Program-made: the position numbers and the translations under genes
Notes under the pieces: model-generated
The model's input: the letters and a program-made list of their open reading frames with translations, nothing else
Told to the model about the DNA's origin: nothing
The model's database searches: none
From: Octopus sinensis
Lineage: Eukaryota
Length of the DNA: 64,000 nucleotides
Assembly (NCBI RefSeq): GCF_006345805.1
Contig: NC_042999.1
Span: 59,396,001-59,460,000 of the forward strand
Direction: 5' to 3'
In this document: piece after piece, positions 38,986-52,225 of the stretch
Layout of the letters: each line of letters begins with the position of its first letter
Numbering within the stretch: position 1 is the stretch's first letter

Positions 38986-39520
38986 TTATCAAAGAGAAAA
39001 TGATACGAACAATTAATTTATTAACGCTCTATATAGGCGTCCCATATTAGAATATATATATCCTCGATCTTGTGAAGCGTCTCTTGATAGAAGTAAAAGT
39101 CTCAAAAGACGATAATGTATCTTGAAGAGAAATGTAGAAATCATCCAGATCTGCAAATAGGAATGGTCAGAATACGGCGACTGAAAACCGAAAAAAAACT
39201 TATAATAGAACGTGCCTTGCAGATGATTTGAAAAAACATGCAGCGAAGTACACAAACAATATTATCAAAGCCACAGAACTGATATTAAATAACCCCACCA
39301 AGCACTGCACAGGCATTATACAGAGTGCATTTATTTAATAGGAGAGAAAATACGAGCGCAAAACAGAAATTTGCATATAAGGAAGCCCATGGAGTTGAAT
39401 TGGGAGAGTGCAGTGAAACTGTGGAAAGGAAAATGCGGCTACGAAAAATAATATGAATAGTTATAGTGATAGTATTAATATGTGCATTTGTGCATATTAA
39501 ATTGTAATATGATATATATG

Positions 39521-39556
<36 letters not shown>

Positions 39557-39567
39557 CGCGTGCGCGC

Positions 39568-39599
<32 letters not shown>

Positions 39600-39660
39600 G
39601 TATAGATGCATATATATATATATTCTCACAAACACAGACGCACAAACACACACAGACACA

Positions 39661-39724
<64 letters not shown>

Positions 39725-40439
39725 CACATTCTTACATTCTTACTGATTTTGGAAGTACATATGTATAGGCTATAGCATTTCACTTACAGCGAGAAAAGCT
39801 CATGTAAATATGAAAATATGTAAATATATTGCCAATATGGCAGAATTCCACATTTGAAAACACCCGGTGCATGTTCTAATATCATTGTAACTTCTTCACC
39901 ATTCCTAACGGAATTCTTCCTGAGAAATAAAAAAAAAAAAACTAAAAAAATATTTGCTTTCAATAAGAAATATAAATAAAATCGTTTCTCTTCGTATTGG
40001 TGTTAATTTTTTTTCCTTGATTTCGGGTATTTCACTGTTATCGCTTTCAGTTTTGTCCCGCGTTTTTTTTTTGTTTGTTTTGTTATTTATTTTGGGGGGG
40101 TTTTTTTGCCTTCCTAAACGTATCTGAAGAGGTGTTGTTGCACATTGGTTATATTTTTTCCTCCCACTTTTCTTATTCTGTTTTAGTAATTATAGATGTG
40201 TATGTATATTTGCTTTTTTGTTTGTGTATGTATACGATACGTTTGGTTTCTGAATATGTTTTGTCTCGTTTTACACTGTCGTAAAGAAGTGACTGAATGT
40301 GCATATTTATTAATGCGTGGTTTAGAAAGTAAGCAGAAACGTAACGCATCTTTTATTTCAATAGCAAAATTGCTTTACCAATATAAACTGATAAATTACA
40401 GTAAGCACATGGGAAGGGGGGGGGGACAAAAAAGAACAC

Positions 40440-40545
40440 GCAGGTGCAGTCATGGCTGTGTGGTAAGAGGCTTGCTTCCCAACAACATGGTTCCGGGTTC
40501 AATCCCACTGCGTAGTACCTTTGGCAAGTGTCTTCTACTATAGTA
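40440..40545 (+). mobile_element. SINE family A head
   Basis: caggtgcagtcatggctgtgtggtaag...ggttcaatcccactgcg...ttctactatag. Confidence 0.8.
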
Positions 40546-40610
40546 AGTGAATTCTACCATGGCAAGTGACTTCTAATATATATATATATGTGTATATATA
40601 TATATATATA

Positions 40611-40687
<77 letters not shown>

Positions 40688-40744
40688 AAATTAGTGAATG
40701 GAAGAAATGGAGTTGAACGAAGATTGTACAGAATTCCTTTTATT

Positions 40745-40838
40745 ACATTCTACACATGTTTCAAAGGCCACAATTTTCCAAATTCAGATTAAATAAGGAT
40801 ACCATATTGCAGCTTTCTCTTCAGGAAAAATCAGGAAT
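40745..40838 (-). ncRNA. Partly decayed hammerhead motif on the PLE sense strand
   Basis: Minus strand ttttc-CTGAAGA-gaaag...cttt-GAAAC-atgt-GTA-gaa; homologous to the 3106-3202 motif. Confidence 0.55.
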
Positions 40839-41466
40839 TACGTTGACAGAACAAATCAAAACAGAGGCGCAGCAAAGCAATTCGAACGAGGACGCTCCTT
40901 AAGAGCCCATGGTTAAGCTGTTTATCAATGTACGTTGAAATCGGGGGGTTGGTGGGGGCCGACAAAAGGTCCGTTGAAATAATTACAGGTCAGGCCGCGG
41001 TCAAATCTAGTAGGTGAGGAATTAATGAGAACAAGGGGTGTGGAGATGTTCTGTGTGACCAAAACTAATGTTCTGAATATTGTAAGAATACAGGGTGTAT
41101 TTTAGGGGCGAGACAAAACCTACCTAAAAGCATGTATGTGTATGCTAGCCTATGTGTGCGCGGCCGTATGTTGGCGAGGGGCGCTAGATAATGAGCTCTG
41201 CTGAAAAAACCTGTCAGGCGGCTGAAAAAATTCTGTGTTCGTGTGTTCGTCTAGGCCTGCTTGTCTAAAAATTAACATCGTCAAAGAATCATAAGGGTAT
41301 ATATAATTCCAGCGTTTGCTTCCAAAAAAAACTGACCAATCACCTAATGGGAGTATTTTCCCCTTGCAAGAGTTATTCATAGATTTTTAAAAAAGTTTTT
41401 TCAAAAATTATTTCCAAAAATTATTATCATTTTAATAGGGTAACAAGGTGTTAATTGTCTTAGGTG

Positions 41467-43397
41467 TCATTTATATGTAAGATAAGTATGACGCCGCCAA
41501 TGGGGACATCGAAAAGCCGTCTGTAAAAGCCCGTTTACCAAACGGCCTCTGGCGAACAATATGTAGAAAAGCTCAGAGTTACAAAGATTACACCTCCTTC
41601 TGCCCCTATCAAATGGGAGGGCCACCGACAAAATCGACCATTCCAGCCTAAAAACTGAATTCGCGTTCTTCAAACGCCAGATAAGTTTGCTAAGTCCTGT
41701 AGCTTGGTATTTATTAACGTCGCGAAAAGTTGCGAAATGGTTCGAAATTCTCAAGGCCAATTTTGACGATGAGGCCCCGACATACGAGTAGACATCTGAA
41801 TCCGTGTAAACCTTGCATTGGTAAATGGCATTTCTGATCTTGGAGTTACTAGACAAGAACCTTATTCTATTGGGATTAGCTTCTGATATTAATACTGCGT
41901 TTCTGTTACTATATTGACTGTGAGAACTGCGGCCGCCTACTACATTATATTCCCCATTATCACTATTAATTAACGGACTAACCCCTGTGTATTCCCTATC
42001 ACTGAGAACGCTGAAATTGCTAGTATCCGTGGACCTGCTATTGCCGGAAACGATGTAAAGTTGCTATTAGGACTCTCTACATTAATGACCCGAACTGCGC
42101 TCACCTCCCTATTACCATTACTAACGTTATTGACATCACCATTTCTTCTATCGCTAATCCTATTATTTACTCCCTGGTTGGTACTGAGATTATCAGTCAC
42201 TGTACTGGCTCTTTTATCATTATTACTACTATTATTATTCCTACTGCGCGTTAAACTGGGATTAGACGGAGCTGCGCCTTCGGACAAAGGTGGTAGGGTC
42301 TTAATAAGCAGCCTATTATTATGGGAGGCGATTATCTGGGAAAGGTTTTTTGTGTTGGAGAAAGCTATCCTAACTTTATGTGAATTAACCGTGGAGTAAT
42401 ATTTGGAATTTCTGGGGAAGTTACTGGCAATGGCTTGTCGAAACAGGAGGGGAAGGTTAGTTCTAATCTGCTTACCAAAGGGAATTACAAACCAGATATG
42501 TTTATTCCTATTTTTGTGATGGGTCGGGAAGCTAGCTCTGACATTAGGGTGGGTGATTCTAGGTTGAATAAAAGGTTTTGGTTTAGTATGACCTCCCCCG
42601 GGCCGTAAATTATCTATGTTCCCTAAATTAAATCCGGAAGTACCTGCTCCAACACTCCCCCCGCTCCCATCACTACTTAAATTATTTATGTTATTATAGA
42701 CGGCCCTATCCTGATGACCGAATGGTGGCATCGGAAGGGCTGGATCAATATATACTACCTTCTGCCTATAACCGGCTTTGGATAGTGCGGCGTTATAAAA
42801 TTCCGCTTTCTGCATGAAAATGTCGACACTAGCGGACAAGTTAGACAATCTTAGAGAGATGTTTTTAACCAAATTGTCTGTTACAGTTTTGGCATGATTG
42901 GAGAAGACACTGACATACTTTAAATTAGTGGAAGGCTTAAGGTAAGGGCAGTATGAATCGCTATGGAGGTTTAGTGTGACGTCTAGGAAATTAGCCTTGG
43001 TGAGTTCATTATCAAAAACTATATTCATGCCCATTCTATTAAAGGACCTAGCTAACCTATTTTTAGTTTTCTGTACGATTCTGTTCGTGGTGTTTTGCAG
43101 GTAAAACAGACAATCGTCACGATACAGGTCGCCCGCGATATACGGGAATTGGTCGGATAATTCGTAGAGAATATAGATTCCGACCAAATCGGCTATCTGC
43201 GCACTATCCGAACTACCCATAGGCACATCGAATTCGTTGGGAGTATCTTTACGAATCCACAACTTATTTTCAAACTTTATAAATGATTTTCTGGCAACTA
43301 AAATAATATCAATTTCTTCTCTAGTGAGGCCTGCCTTGTTGTGAGCATGCCACAGGGCCTTATTTAGTACACTAGGGTTTTGAATAATCTGTAACAA
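41467..43397 (-). pseudogene. PLE RT-linker-GIY-YIG ORF with one frameshift
   Basis: RT frame open 43397-41970; the endonuclease frame, read by hand, is open 42063-41467. This implies one frameshift in the overlap. Confidence 0.8.
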
Positions 43398-43434
43398 GAA
43401 AATTCATCTTTCCATTTCAACAAATATATATATA

Positions 43435-44270
43435 CTAGCAGAATTGCCCGGCGTTGCTCGGGGCTGAATTGCTTGAAAGTACTGTTAATGATTGCACTGA
43501 ATTATGATGATTATTCAGGCAAATATTGATATAAGCTTACGGTGGGAGATAAGGACTTAATGATCAAACGTGTGCCATTGCATTGTTTTGGGGGAACCAA
43601 ATTTCTGATGAGCATTATAGGGGCACCAACTTTAAGTTTGAGAAAGTGTGGTGGTAGTCCGGGGTGCTCAAAGGAATTGAGTACCTCTATTGGATAGTTG
43701 ATGACTTCCTCTGGGTCAGGAGTTGTATCGATAGACTGATATACATAGACTTCCCCAGGAATGAGTTTTAGCATTTCATCATTAATATGGTGAACAGTTT
43801 TATTCCTCGGGGCCAGTATAGCCTTTTTGCAAATCCAATCCATATTCTGATAATTAGCTTGTAGATCTGGGAACACTGCATCTCTGAGATCAGAAGGCGT
43901 CTTAACAATGGTACAAATGGAATCGATGGCAATATTACCATTTTCATCCCCTGGTATTTTGCCTTCGCCAAGTGCAAGGAGGGTGTGAGGAAATGCTGCT
44001 GATGTGATATTACGTCGCATATGAGCACGCATATTGGTGTGAAGTTTGAGAGTTACTTCCGTTTATTTAAAAAAATATGCATTAAAATGGAAAAATTATT
44101 TGTAAAATCATAGACTCATCGTAGACGCGCGCTAATACCCAGAAGGGCTCGATATGAATCACGACTATAAGATACCCGCTTTTGGTTAAACTGCATCACA
44201 AAATGTGGGAGTAGTTAGGAATCTAAATCGGAGTAGACAGACACACAACCTTTCTTTTATATATAAATAT
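43435..44270 (-). mobile_element. Helitron derivative carrying a PIF1-type helicase fragment
   Basis: Minus-strand 3' end cccgagcaacgccggg hairpin followed by ...tgCTAG|t. ORF 43511-44032: KAILAPRNKTV..IN, NYPIEVLNS, GLPPH.LKLKVGAPIMLIRNL.PPK.CNGTRL. Confidence 0.88.
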
Positions 44271-45107
44271 TTTCGTCCTAAAAAACTTTGTATGGATTGA
44301 ATGGTTACCTCTATAGAAATATATACACGCACATTATACATACATGTGTGTATAGATGAATATATAAATACATTTAAATATCTATATACACTTTTGGGCG
44401 ATCTTTCTGTTTCTTAGAGATAACTTTAGATCTTATTTTCGTGCTAAAAAACTTTGTATGGAGTGAATGGTTACGTGTATGGAAATATATACACACACAT
44501 TATACATACATCTGTGTATAGATGAATATATAAATACATTTAAATATCTATATACACTTTTGAGCGATCTTTCTGCTACTTGGATATAGGGGCGATGTTT
44601 CGCTTGTCGTAGCTCACGTTTCCGTCGATTTCCGTAAAAAATGTAAACACTGAATCGGCCATACATAAATACATACATACACACACATACATACACACAC
44701 ATACATACACACACACACACACATACATGCATACATACATATACACATAAACCGAGTAAAAAATTTCAGTTATCTCTCTCTTTCACACATTACTCTCTCT
44801 GTCTCTTCACACACACTAACAGAAGCACTTCACTTACACAACATACTGTCTGTCTCCCACACTCCATCAAACACACACACACACACACACACATGTACAT
44901 CAATGCGTCCCATGCACGGTAACTTCAAAAGAACTTCCCTCGTCATACAATCGCTTTCTCTTAGTCTCTTTCGCTCTCATTACTTATGTAAAAAAATAAG
45001 TTTTTTACGGAAATCGACGGAAACCTGTGCTACGACAAGCGAAACATCGCCGATATAGGTCTTATATTCGTCCTAAAATACTTTCCTGTCACACACTCAC
45101 GCACACG

Positions 45108-45146
<39 letters not shown>

Positions 45147-45225
45147 ACCCTCACACACACACACACGCACACACACACTCACACACACGCACGTTAGCTT
45201 ACAATTTTATTTATATATTTGCGTG
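44268..45225. mobile_element. Non-autonomous Helitron-like repeat with internal tandem and inverted repeats
   Basis: Tandem ~140-bp block at 44268 and 44434; 51-bp inverted pair 44591-44641 / 45001-45051 with 2 mismatches; ends ttagcttacaattttatttatatat. The superfamily call is inferred. Confidence 0.45.
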
Positions 45226-45551
45226 TCCATGTGTGTAAAGAGGAAGTGGCAGACTGAAAGAGTCACTCACTACAAAAGGTGAATTACTTTCATTTTATTC
45301 CTTGCACACTGTGTGTGTGCGTGTGCGTGTGGTGTAAAACACATTAAGAAAAGCATTTGAAATACACACCAGAATGTGAGTTTTCTGTAAATTTTGCTTA
45401 ATTGGAGTTTGAATTTTAAAAAGTGGACCTGGCAAAACCCGATGCATTCTACTCTTAAAAATGCTAAGTAAATTGTAATTGAAGAAATCCTATATTGTAG
45501 ATTTCTATAACTGACAAAGGGAGGCAGATAAAATCTGCCTTTTATAATAAG

Positions 45552-45592
<41 letters not shown>

Positions 45593-46764
45593 AATGTATG
45601 TATGTATGTATGTATGTATGTATGTATGTATGTATGTATGTATGCATGTATGTATGCATGTATGAATGTATGTAGGTGTATATATATATATAATTTGAAT
45701 TAAAGTGGGAGTGAAAAATTGGATATTAATTTGATAACATCAATTGTAGCACCAGTGGTCTAGCATATAAAAAACTGAGGTTCAGTAAATAGTATTACAT
45801 ACATAAAAAGAGAATTTACCACTATGTGGAAACCCTTATGCTAGAAGAAGATCCGCTATGGTCTTACCACTAAGAATTGTTCTCTAGAAAATTTAGCAAA
45901 CACCAGAAACGTAAGCGAGCAAGATAAATGAAAAGTAACAAAAATATAGATTAATCATAAGCAAATGTTTCACTATCAACAAATTGCGTAATTTTACTTT
46001 CATAATTTATCTGTAGATCTTCAGTATGATCGTCCATAAGAAATATAATTTGCAGTTTCTGGTGTTAGCTAAATTTTCTAGAGAACAATTATTAGTGGTA
46101 AGACAATAACGGATCTTCTTCTAGCATAAGGGGTTCCACACAGTGGTAAATTCCCTCGCCTTTAGCTGATCGACCACAGGACTTATTCTTTGTAAGCCTA
46201 GGACTTATTCTATCGATCTCTTTTGCCGAACCGCTAAGTTACGGGAACGTGAACACACTAGCATCGGTTGTCAAGCGATGTTGGGTGGACAAACACACAC
46301 ACACAAACACACACACACACACACACACACAACACACACACACACACACACACACACGAACCCTCACACACACACACACGCACACACACACTCACACACA
46401 CGCACGTTAGCTTACAATTTTATTTATATATTTGCGTGTCCATGTGTGTAAAGAGGAAGTGGCAGACTGAAAGAGTCACTCACTACAAAAGGTGAATTAC
46501 TTTCATTTTATTCCTTGCACACTGTGTGTGTGCGTGTGCGTGTGGTGTAAAACACATTAAGAAAAGCATTTGAAATACACACCAGAATGTGAGTTTTCTG
46601 TAAATTTTGCTTAATTGGAGTTTGAATTTTAAAAAGTGGACCTGGCAAAACCCGATGCATTCTACTCTTAAAAATGCTAAGTAAATTGTAATTGAAGAAA
46701 TCCTATATTGTAGATTTCTATAACTGACAAAGGGAGGCAGATAAAATCTGCCTTTTATAATAAG

Positions 46765-46809
<45 letters not shown>

Positions 46810-47523
46810 AATGTATGTATGTATGTATGTATGTATGTATGTATGTATGTATGTATGTATGCATGTATGTATGCATGTATGAATGTATGTAGGTGTATAT
46901 ATATATATAATTTGAATTAAAGTGGGAGTGAAAAATTGGATATTAATTTGATAACATCAATTGTAGCACCAGTGGTCTAGCATATAAAAAACTGAGGTTC
47001 AGTAAATAGTATTACATACATAAAAAGAGAATTTACCACTATGTGGAAACCCTTATGCTAGAAGAAGATCCGCTATGGTCTTACCACTAAGAATTGTTCT
47101 CTAGAAAATTTAGCAAACACCAGAAACGTAAGCGAGCAAGATAAATGAAAAGTAACAAAAATATAGATTAATCATAAGCAAATGTTTCACTATCAACAAA
47201 TTGCGTAATTTTACTTTCATAATTTATCTGTAGATCTTCAGTATGATCGTCCATAAGAAATATAATTTGCAGTTTCTGGTGTTAGCTAAATTTTCTAGAG
47301 AACAATTATTAGTGGTAAGACAATAACGGATCTTCTTCTAGCATAAGGGGTTCCACACAGTGGTAAATTCCCTCGCCTTTAGCTGATCGACCACAGGACT
47401 TATTCTTTGTAAGCCTAGGACTTATTCTATCGATCTCTTTTGCCGAACCGCTAAGTTACGGGAACGTGAACACACTAGCATCGGTTGTCAAGCGATGTTG
47501 GGTGGACAAACACACACACACAA

Positions 47524-47548
<25 letters not shown>
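45145..47548. repeat. Near-identical tandem duplication, ~1.21-kb unit
   Basis: gaaccctc starts at 45145 and 46358. Later offsets are 1217 because a (TG)n differs by two units. Breakpoints lie in (CA)n. Confidence 0.93.
45812..46153. repeat. Inverted repeat, ~99-bp arms (second copy 47029-47370)
   Basis: gaatttaccac...caccagaaac (45812-45910) versus gtttctggtg...gtggtaaattc (46055-46153). Confidence 0.85.
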
Positions 47549-47562
<14 letters not shown>

Positions 47563-47743
47563 CTTATACATATATACGATGGGCTTCTTTCCGTTTTCAT
47601 CTACCAAATCCTCTAACAAGGCTTTCGATGACCCAAGGCTTTTGAAGAAGACATTTGCCCAAGGTGCCACGCAGTGGGACTGAATCTGGAACTATGTGAC
47701 TGGTAAGCAAGCTACTTACCACACAGCCATTCCTGCACCTATT
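47374..47743 (-). mobile_element. SINE family A, 3' tail truncated
   Basis: Reverse complement of the family A head and body, with an internal CA/TA array. Confidence 0.88.
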
Positions 47744-47744
47744 T

Positions 47745-50039
47745 TTTGCAAAACCTGATAAAATTTGATACTCAGAACCTATATTTCTATATGTTTAAAA
47801 TAAACGATTGCTTATCCCCCAACTTTAAGAAACTTGGTTACTACCTTCATAACTGGATTCATATCTGTCGATAGTTTGGATCATCGTGAATAAAGGCTGT
47901 GTATTTTCAACAGATGGACGCTTTTTTCTTATTTATGAACCCAATCGCACGTAGAGCTGGGTTTCTCTCAGTAAAAATCTTTAGACGCAAGTCATACGAT
48001 TTGATTTTCTCTAAGAAATGTAACCATTAATAGGTGCAGGAGTGGCTGTGTGGTAAGTAGCTAGCTTACCAGCCACATGGTTCTGGATTCAGTCTCACTG
48101 CATGACACCTTGAGCAAGTGTCTTCTACTAAAGCCTCGAGCTGACCAAAGCCTTGTGAGTGGATTTGGTAGACGGAAACTGAAAGAAGCCCGTCGTATAT
48201 ATGTGTATGTGTTTGTGTGTGTCTGTATTTGTCTCCCCAACATCGCTTGACAACCGATGCTGTTGTGTCTACGTCCCCGTACCTTAGCGGTTCTGCAAAA
48301 GATACCGATAGAATAAGTACTAGGTTTACAAAGAATAACTCCTGGGGTCAATTTGCTCGACTAAAGGCGGTGCTCCAGCATGGCTGCAGTCAAATGACTG
48401 AAACAAGTAAAAGAGTAAAGAATAAAAGAGTATTCAGAAACGTCAATATTAATCACATTGCAAAACCTTCCATGGAATGAAGAGAGTATTACCACTTTTA
48501 GAATATTGCTTGAAACCGAGCGAATAAGCATAATTATCTGCCAGCACGGATCTATATAAATCATTTTAACCAGTTGCATTGTAAACACAAGAGAAATTCT
48601 AGGTCAAAAACTTATGTTTTGTTACATAGAGCCAACCTAATGATCTTATCCTTGACAATATATTTTTAGATAAATGTGTGGAAGGTTATTCACACAATAC
48701 GTAAAAAGAACTAACTGTAATGTTCACAGTAAGCTTGACTTAACGCGAGTTTTTTTTGGTCATGGTAGAGTTGTTTTTTTTACATTTTGCAATCAATAAA
48801 ACCATCTGCTGAGTATATAATACACTACTGTCCATTTGAGAACGTTTCAATGAGACAATTTTCAGTTGATTGATTTCCTCAAGTTTAACAGCTTCGGCAG
48901 GATGTGTTGCTCACAAATTGTGTTTTAAGTGTATTGGCGGCATTACATCATTACTAAGTGTCTTATAGCATATTACGTATTGAGGTACTTCTGTATTAGA
49001 TTTCTGAAGTGACACAAATTGAAATGTAATATAATTATCACAAGAATTTCGCTTTTTTCCACTCATTGGAAATATTTCACAACAAAATGGGAACTAAGAA
49101 TCTTTAAAAAAGGACAAAATTATTTACTGAAATTACAGAATAAATTAACATTTTAAATGCATACGGCATAATAAGTATATACCAATAAATAACCCTACAA
49201 TACTAAAATATTACAAGAAAAATAGATTGATATATATACATTCAAACACAACACATGATTTTTAACAGGAGGAGGCTTCATACCAAAATCATGCTGATTT
49301 AAAAAGGCGTACCGATTAAAAAATGAAAAACATTTCTGTATAAATGTCATGCGATTAAATTATTTTTCAATGAAATGTTATTGACTTATGTGCACGCTAT
49401 TCTTGTTTGGATGCTCTCCATATAAAAAAGAAAAAAACATGTTTAATATTTACGTGAGATTCACAAAAGGACGTAAAAAGAATTCTGTATATTGACATCA
49501 CAATGTGAACATACCTAAATTTTCATGCTAGCCTTTTTAACCACCCTTCTACAATGCAGATTTATATACTTCATGATCTAAACCTAATCCGGTTTCAAGA
49601 TAAGAAGTCATTTACGCCAAAAATAGCCTTCGCCAGCGTTTTTTCCAATATAAAACACGATTTGAAACTATCTAAATTATTATAAATTAAACTACTTGAA
49701 AATCGGGAATTTTATCCATTTTTAGTGGCAAATATTAAGCATTAAAAACTCTTAGAATTTTTTTAAAATACTTAAATTTTCTCTGAAATTTGAATTTTTA
49801 AGTGTTCATCTATTACAAAAATGCTATTTTATTCTTAATAGGAATAAATAAGAATTTCCGAATTAAAGCATAATTTTAAATGTCTGAAAACTATTTTAGA
49901 ATATATTCAAGGCAGCAATATAAAATATAGGTTCACTAGAGAAAGGCACAATTGCTAAGGTCTTGCGCTCTGCGCTCCAGCAAAATGCTATTCATGCCTC
50001 CATCCTTTAGAGGGCGCACTCCTTGGCTGGGAACCACGG
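47745..50039 (-). mobile_element. Fossil hAT (Buster/Charlie-like) transposon
   Basis: Minus-strand start near 49066: MSGKKRNSCDNYITFQFVSLQKSNTEVPQYVICYKTLSND..HL, a decayed BED finger. Also FTMQL..IR.VSSN.LK and T..FIH remnants. TIR-like ccgtggttcccagcc at ~50025-50039. Confidence 0.65.
48031..48432 (+). mobile_element. SINE family A, full-length, inserted in the hAT fossil
   Basis: Head aggtgcaggagtggctgtgtgg; tail ggcggtgctccagcatggctgcagtcaaatgactgaaacaagtaaaagag. Confidence 0.9.
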
Positions 50040-50094
50040 GATTAAACAATTATACCAAAGTTTTATACCGTTGTTTTGAAACCACTATGTATCT

Positions 50095-51540
50095 GCATAT
50101 CCAGTTTCATCCGGGATGACATCGACTCCTTGTCCCATCTTCCCAAAACAAGTGAAACAAATTCACTTCTTAGTTTTGATGTGGTAAACCTCTACACCAA
50201 TATTCTACCTGATTTAGGAATAATGGTGATTAAATATTGAATAGTAAAACATAAAGAAATGATCCCTAACAGATTCACAGGGCCATTTATATTAGACACA
50301 ATCAGACTTATTTAGGAAAACAACGCATTCTTTTTCAATGGAAAGAGTTACATCCAAATTAAAGGCACGGCAATGAGAACGAGGTTTGTCCCGGTTTACA
50401 CGAACTCTCTAATGGGATATCTAGAACAGCAACTCTACCAAGACGCAGAAGAGGAAAACCATAGCACTAGATTTAGAAATTATATCGAAAAGGCTTGGAA
50501 GAGATGCCTTGACGATTGTTTCATAATCTGAACAGAATCTTTAAATACTCTGGAAGAGTTCAATATCCTCCTGAACAACCTACACCCATCTGTCCAATTT
50601 ACAAAGGAGATGAGTAGTACCAAATTACCATTCCTAAATATTATGGTAATTAAAAAGGGCACCACCATTACCACAAATATATACTACTAACACGCGGACA
50701 CACATCAATACCTGAATTTTAAGTCATGCCATTTACCACATATAAAACGCAACATCCCATACTGCCTAACCAGAAGAATTTGTACCATTGTAGAAGATGC
50801 AAATATCACGAACAAACGCCTAACAGAACTAAGAGAACTTTTGCTGAAACAGTAATACCCGTCTCTACTTATAGAAAATGGCCTACAGCGGGCTATAAAA
50901 ATACCCATACAACAACTGAGGACAACCCAAAGAAAAGGAAAACAGGAACAAGACATACAATTTGTTGTGACACACAACCCATGTCATCAGATTATCTTCG
51001 GTATTGCCGAAGGAAACCTACCAATCATTGCCCAAAGTAATGAATTAAAAGATATAATCAGAGATTGAGCTATGCTCTTAGTAAAACACAGCCTAAAATT
51101 TTTTTTTAATTATTAACAAAGGCAAAGTTTGACCTTAGCAACAAAGACCAATCATACACTGTATCTACATGCAATGATAGGCGATGTGGCCCATGCCAAT
51201 TCATACATACCGGCAAATAAATGAATACAAAAACCGGAAAAAATATTCACAAATGCAAATATGAACTGCAAAAGCCGAAATTTCATTTACTGCATCCAAT
51301 GTCCAAATTGTGAAGAACTATATGAAGGTCAGACAGGGAAATGCACTTTCGGAATGTTCAGGTGTGCACCGAGGACAAATCAGATACCCAGATGTCCGTC
51401 AGATACCTTTGAGTATCAATCTAGCAACATGCGATCCAAACACATTCGTAATATTTCCATTCTGCAAACTACACAGTCCAAGTTTATATAAAAGAAACAT
51501 CAGAGAAAGGAATGTATTAACTGCCAATCCAAGCTAAATA
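50095..51540 (+). mobile_element. Decayed Penelope-like element, Neptune-like
   Basis: LSFDVVNLYTNI, YIQIKGTAM, KRCLDDCF, LPFLN, THQYLNFKSCH, C.DRRCGPC, NCKSRNFIYCIQCPNCEELYEGQTG. Many stops. Confidence 0.78.
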
Positions 51541-51944
51541 AACAATAGTACTAATACTTAGAGGTACTATTTCTACGGCTCCGATCACTACCACTATCAA
51601 CAACAATACTGAAGGTACTAGTTATGATGATAGCAGGAAAATACTAGCTAAGTCAAGAGAAAAGTAAATAAAAATAATCTTCTTTGGGGTTTGTAAAGTT
51701 CTATTACCACAGCTACTCCTACCACCACCACTATCACCACCACCACCAACAAGAGCAATAATAAAGGCGATGATAATGATGATGATGATTGATATGTAAA
51801 AATTCCTGGGAAATGTTTACAACATTTCTATAAATAGCCCAACAATTACTGCTTTAGCCAGGGTCAAAATATAGGTCTCTTCAGATGTCCAACAAACCTT
51901 GACGCCTCAACCAAACACCAGTCAACTTAAATTGATTTTAGTAG

Positions 51945-52127
51945 GCAATAATCGATACCAGCTCTTATTTTCTTTTTAAGCCTGGAACTTATTGTATCGG
52001 TTCATTTAACCGAATCGCTTGATCCGGTGAGACACCGGTTGTCTTGTAGCGGTGGGGAATAAACACAAAGGCACTTTCTCTCTCTCTCTCTCTCTTTCAC
52101 ACACACGCACACACACGACACACACAT

Positions 52128-52225
<98 letters not shown>

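Larger units (their letters stand above)
40690..43420 (-). mobile_element. 5'-truncated Penelope-like element, probably Hydra-type, with hammerhead-bearing 3' terminus
   Basis: RT motifs VPMGSSDSAQIADLVGIYIL, YRDD, NFLDVTL. C-terminal GIY-YIG AIYQC..SYVG..RISNH..GLSKLIW..CNLC. The 3' terminus ends in (TA)n. Clade assignment is from memory of motif style only. Confidence 0.8.

Noticed and set aside
45838-45870. Hammerhead-like ctagaagaagatcc
   Set aside because: Core is altered and there is no GAAA module.
51855-51895. Minus-strand ctgaagagacc near the Neptune-like 3' end
   Set aside because: Stem II does not pair and no GAAA follows.
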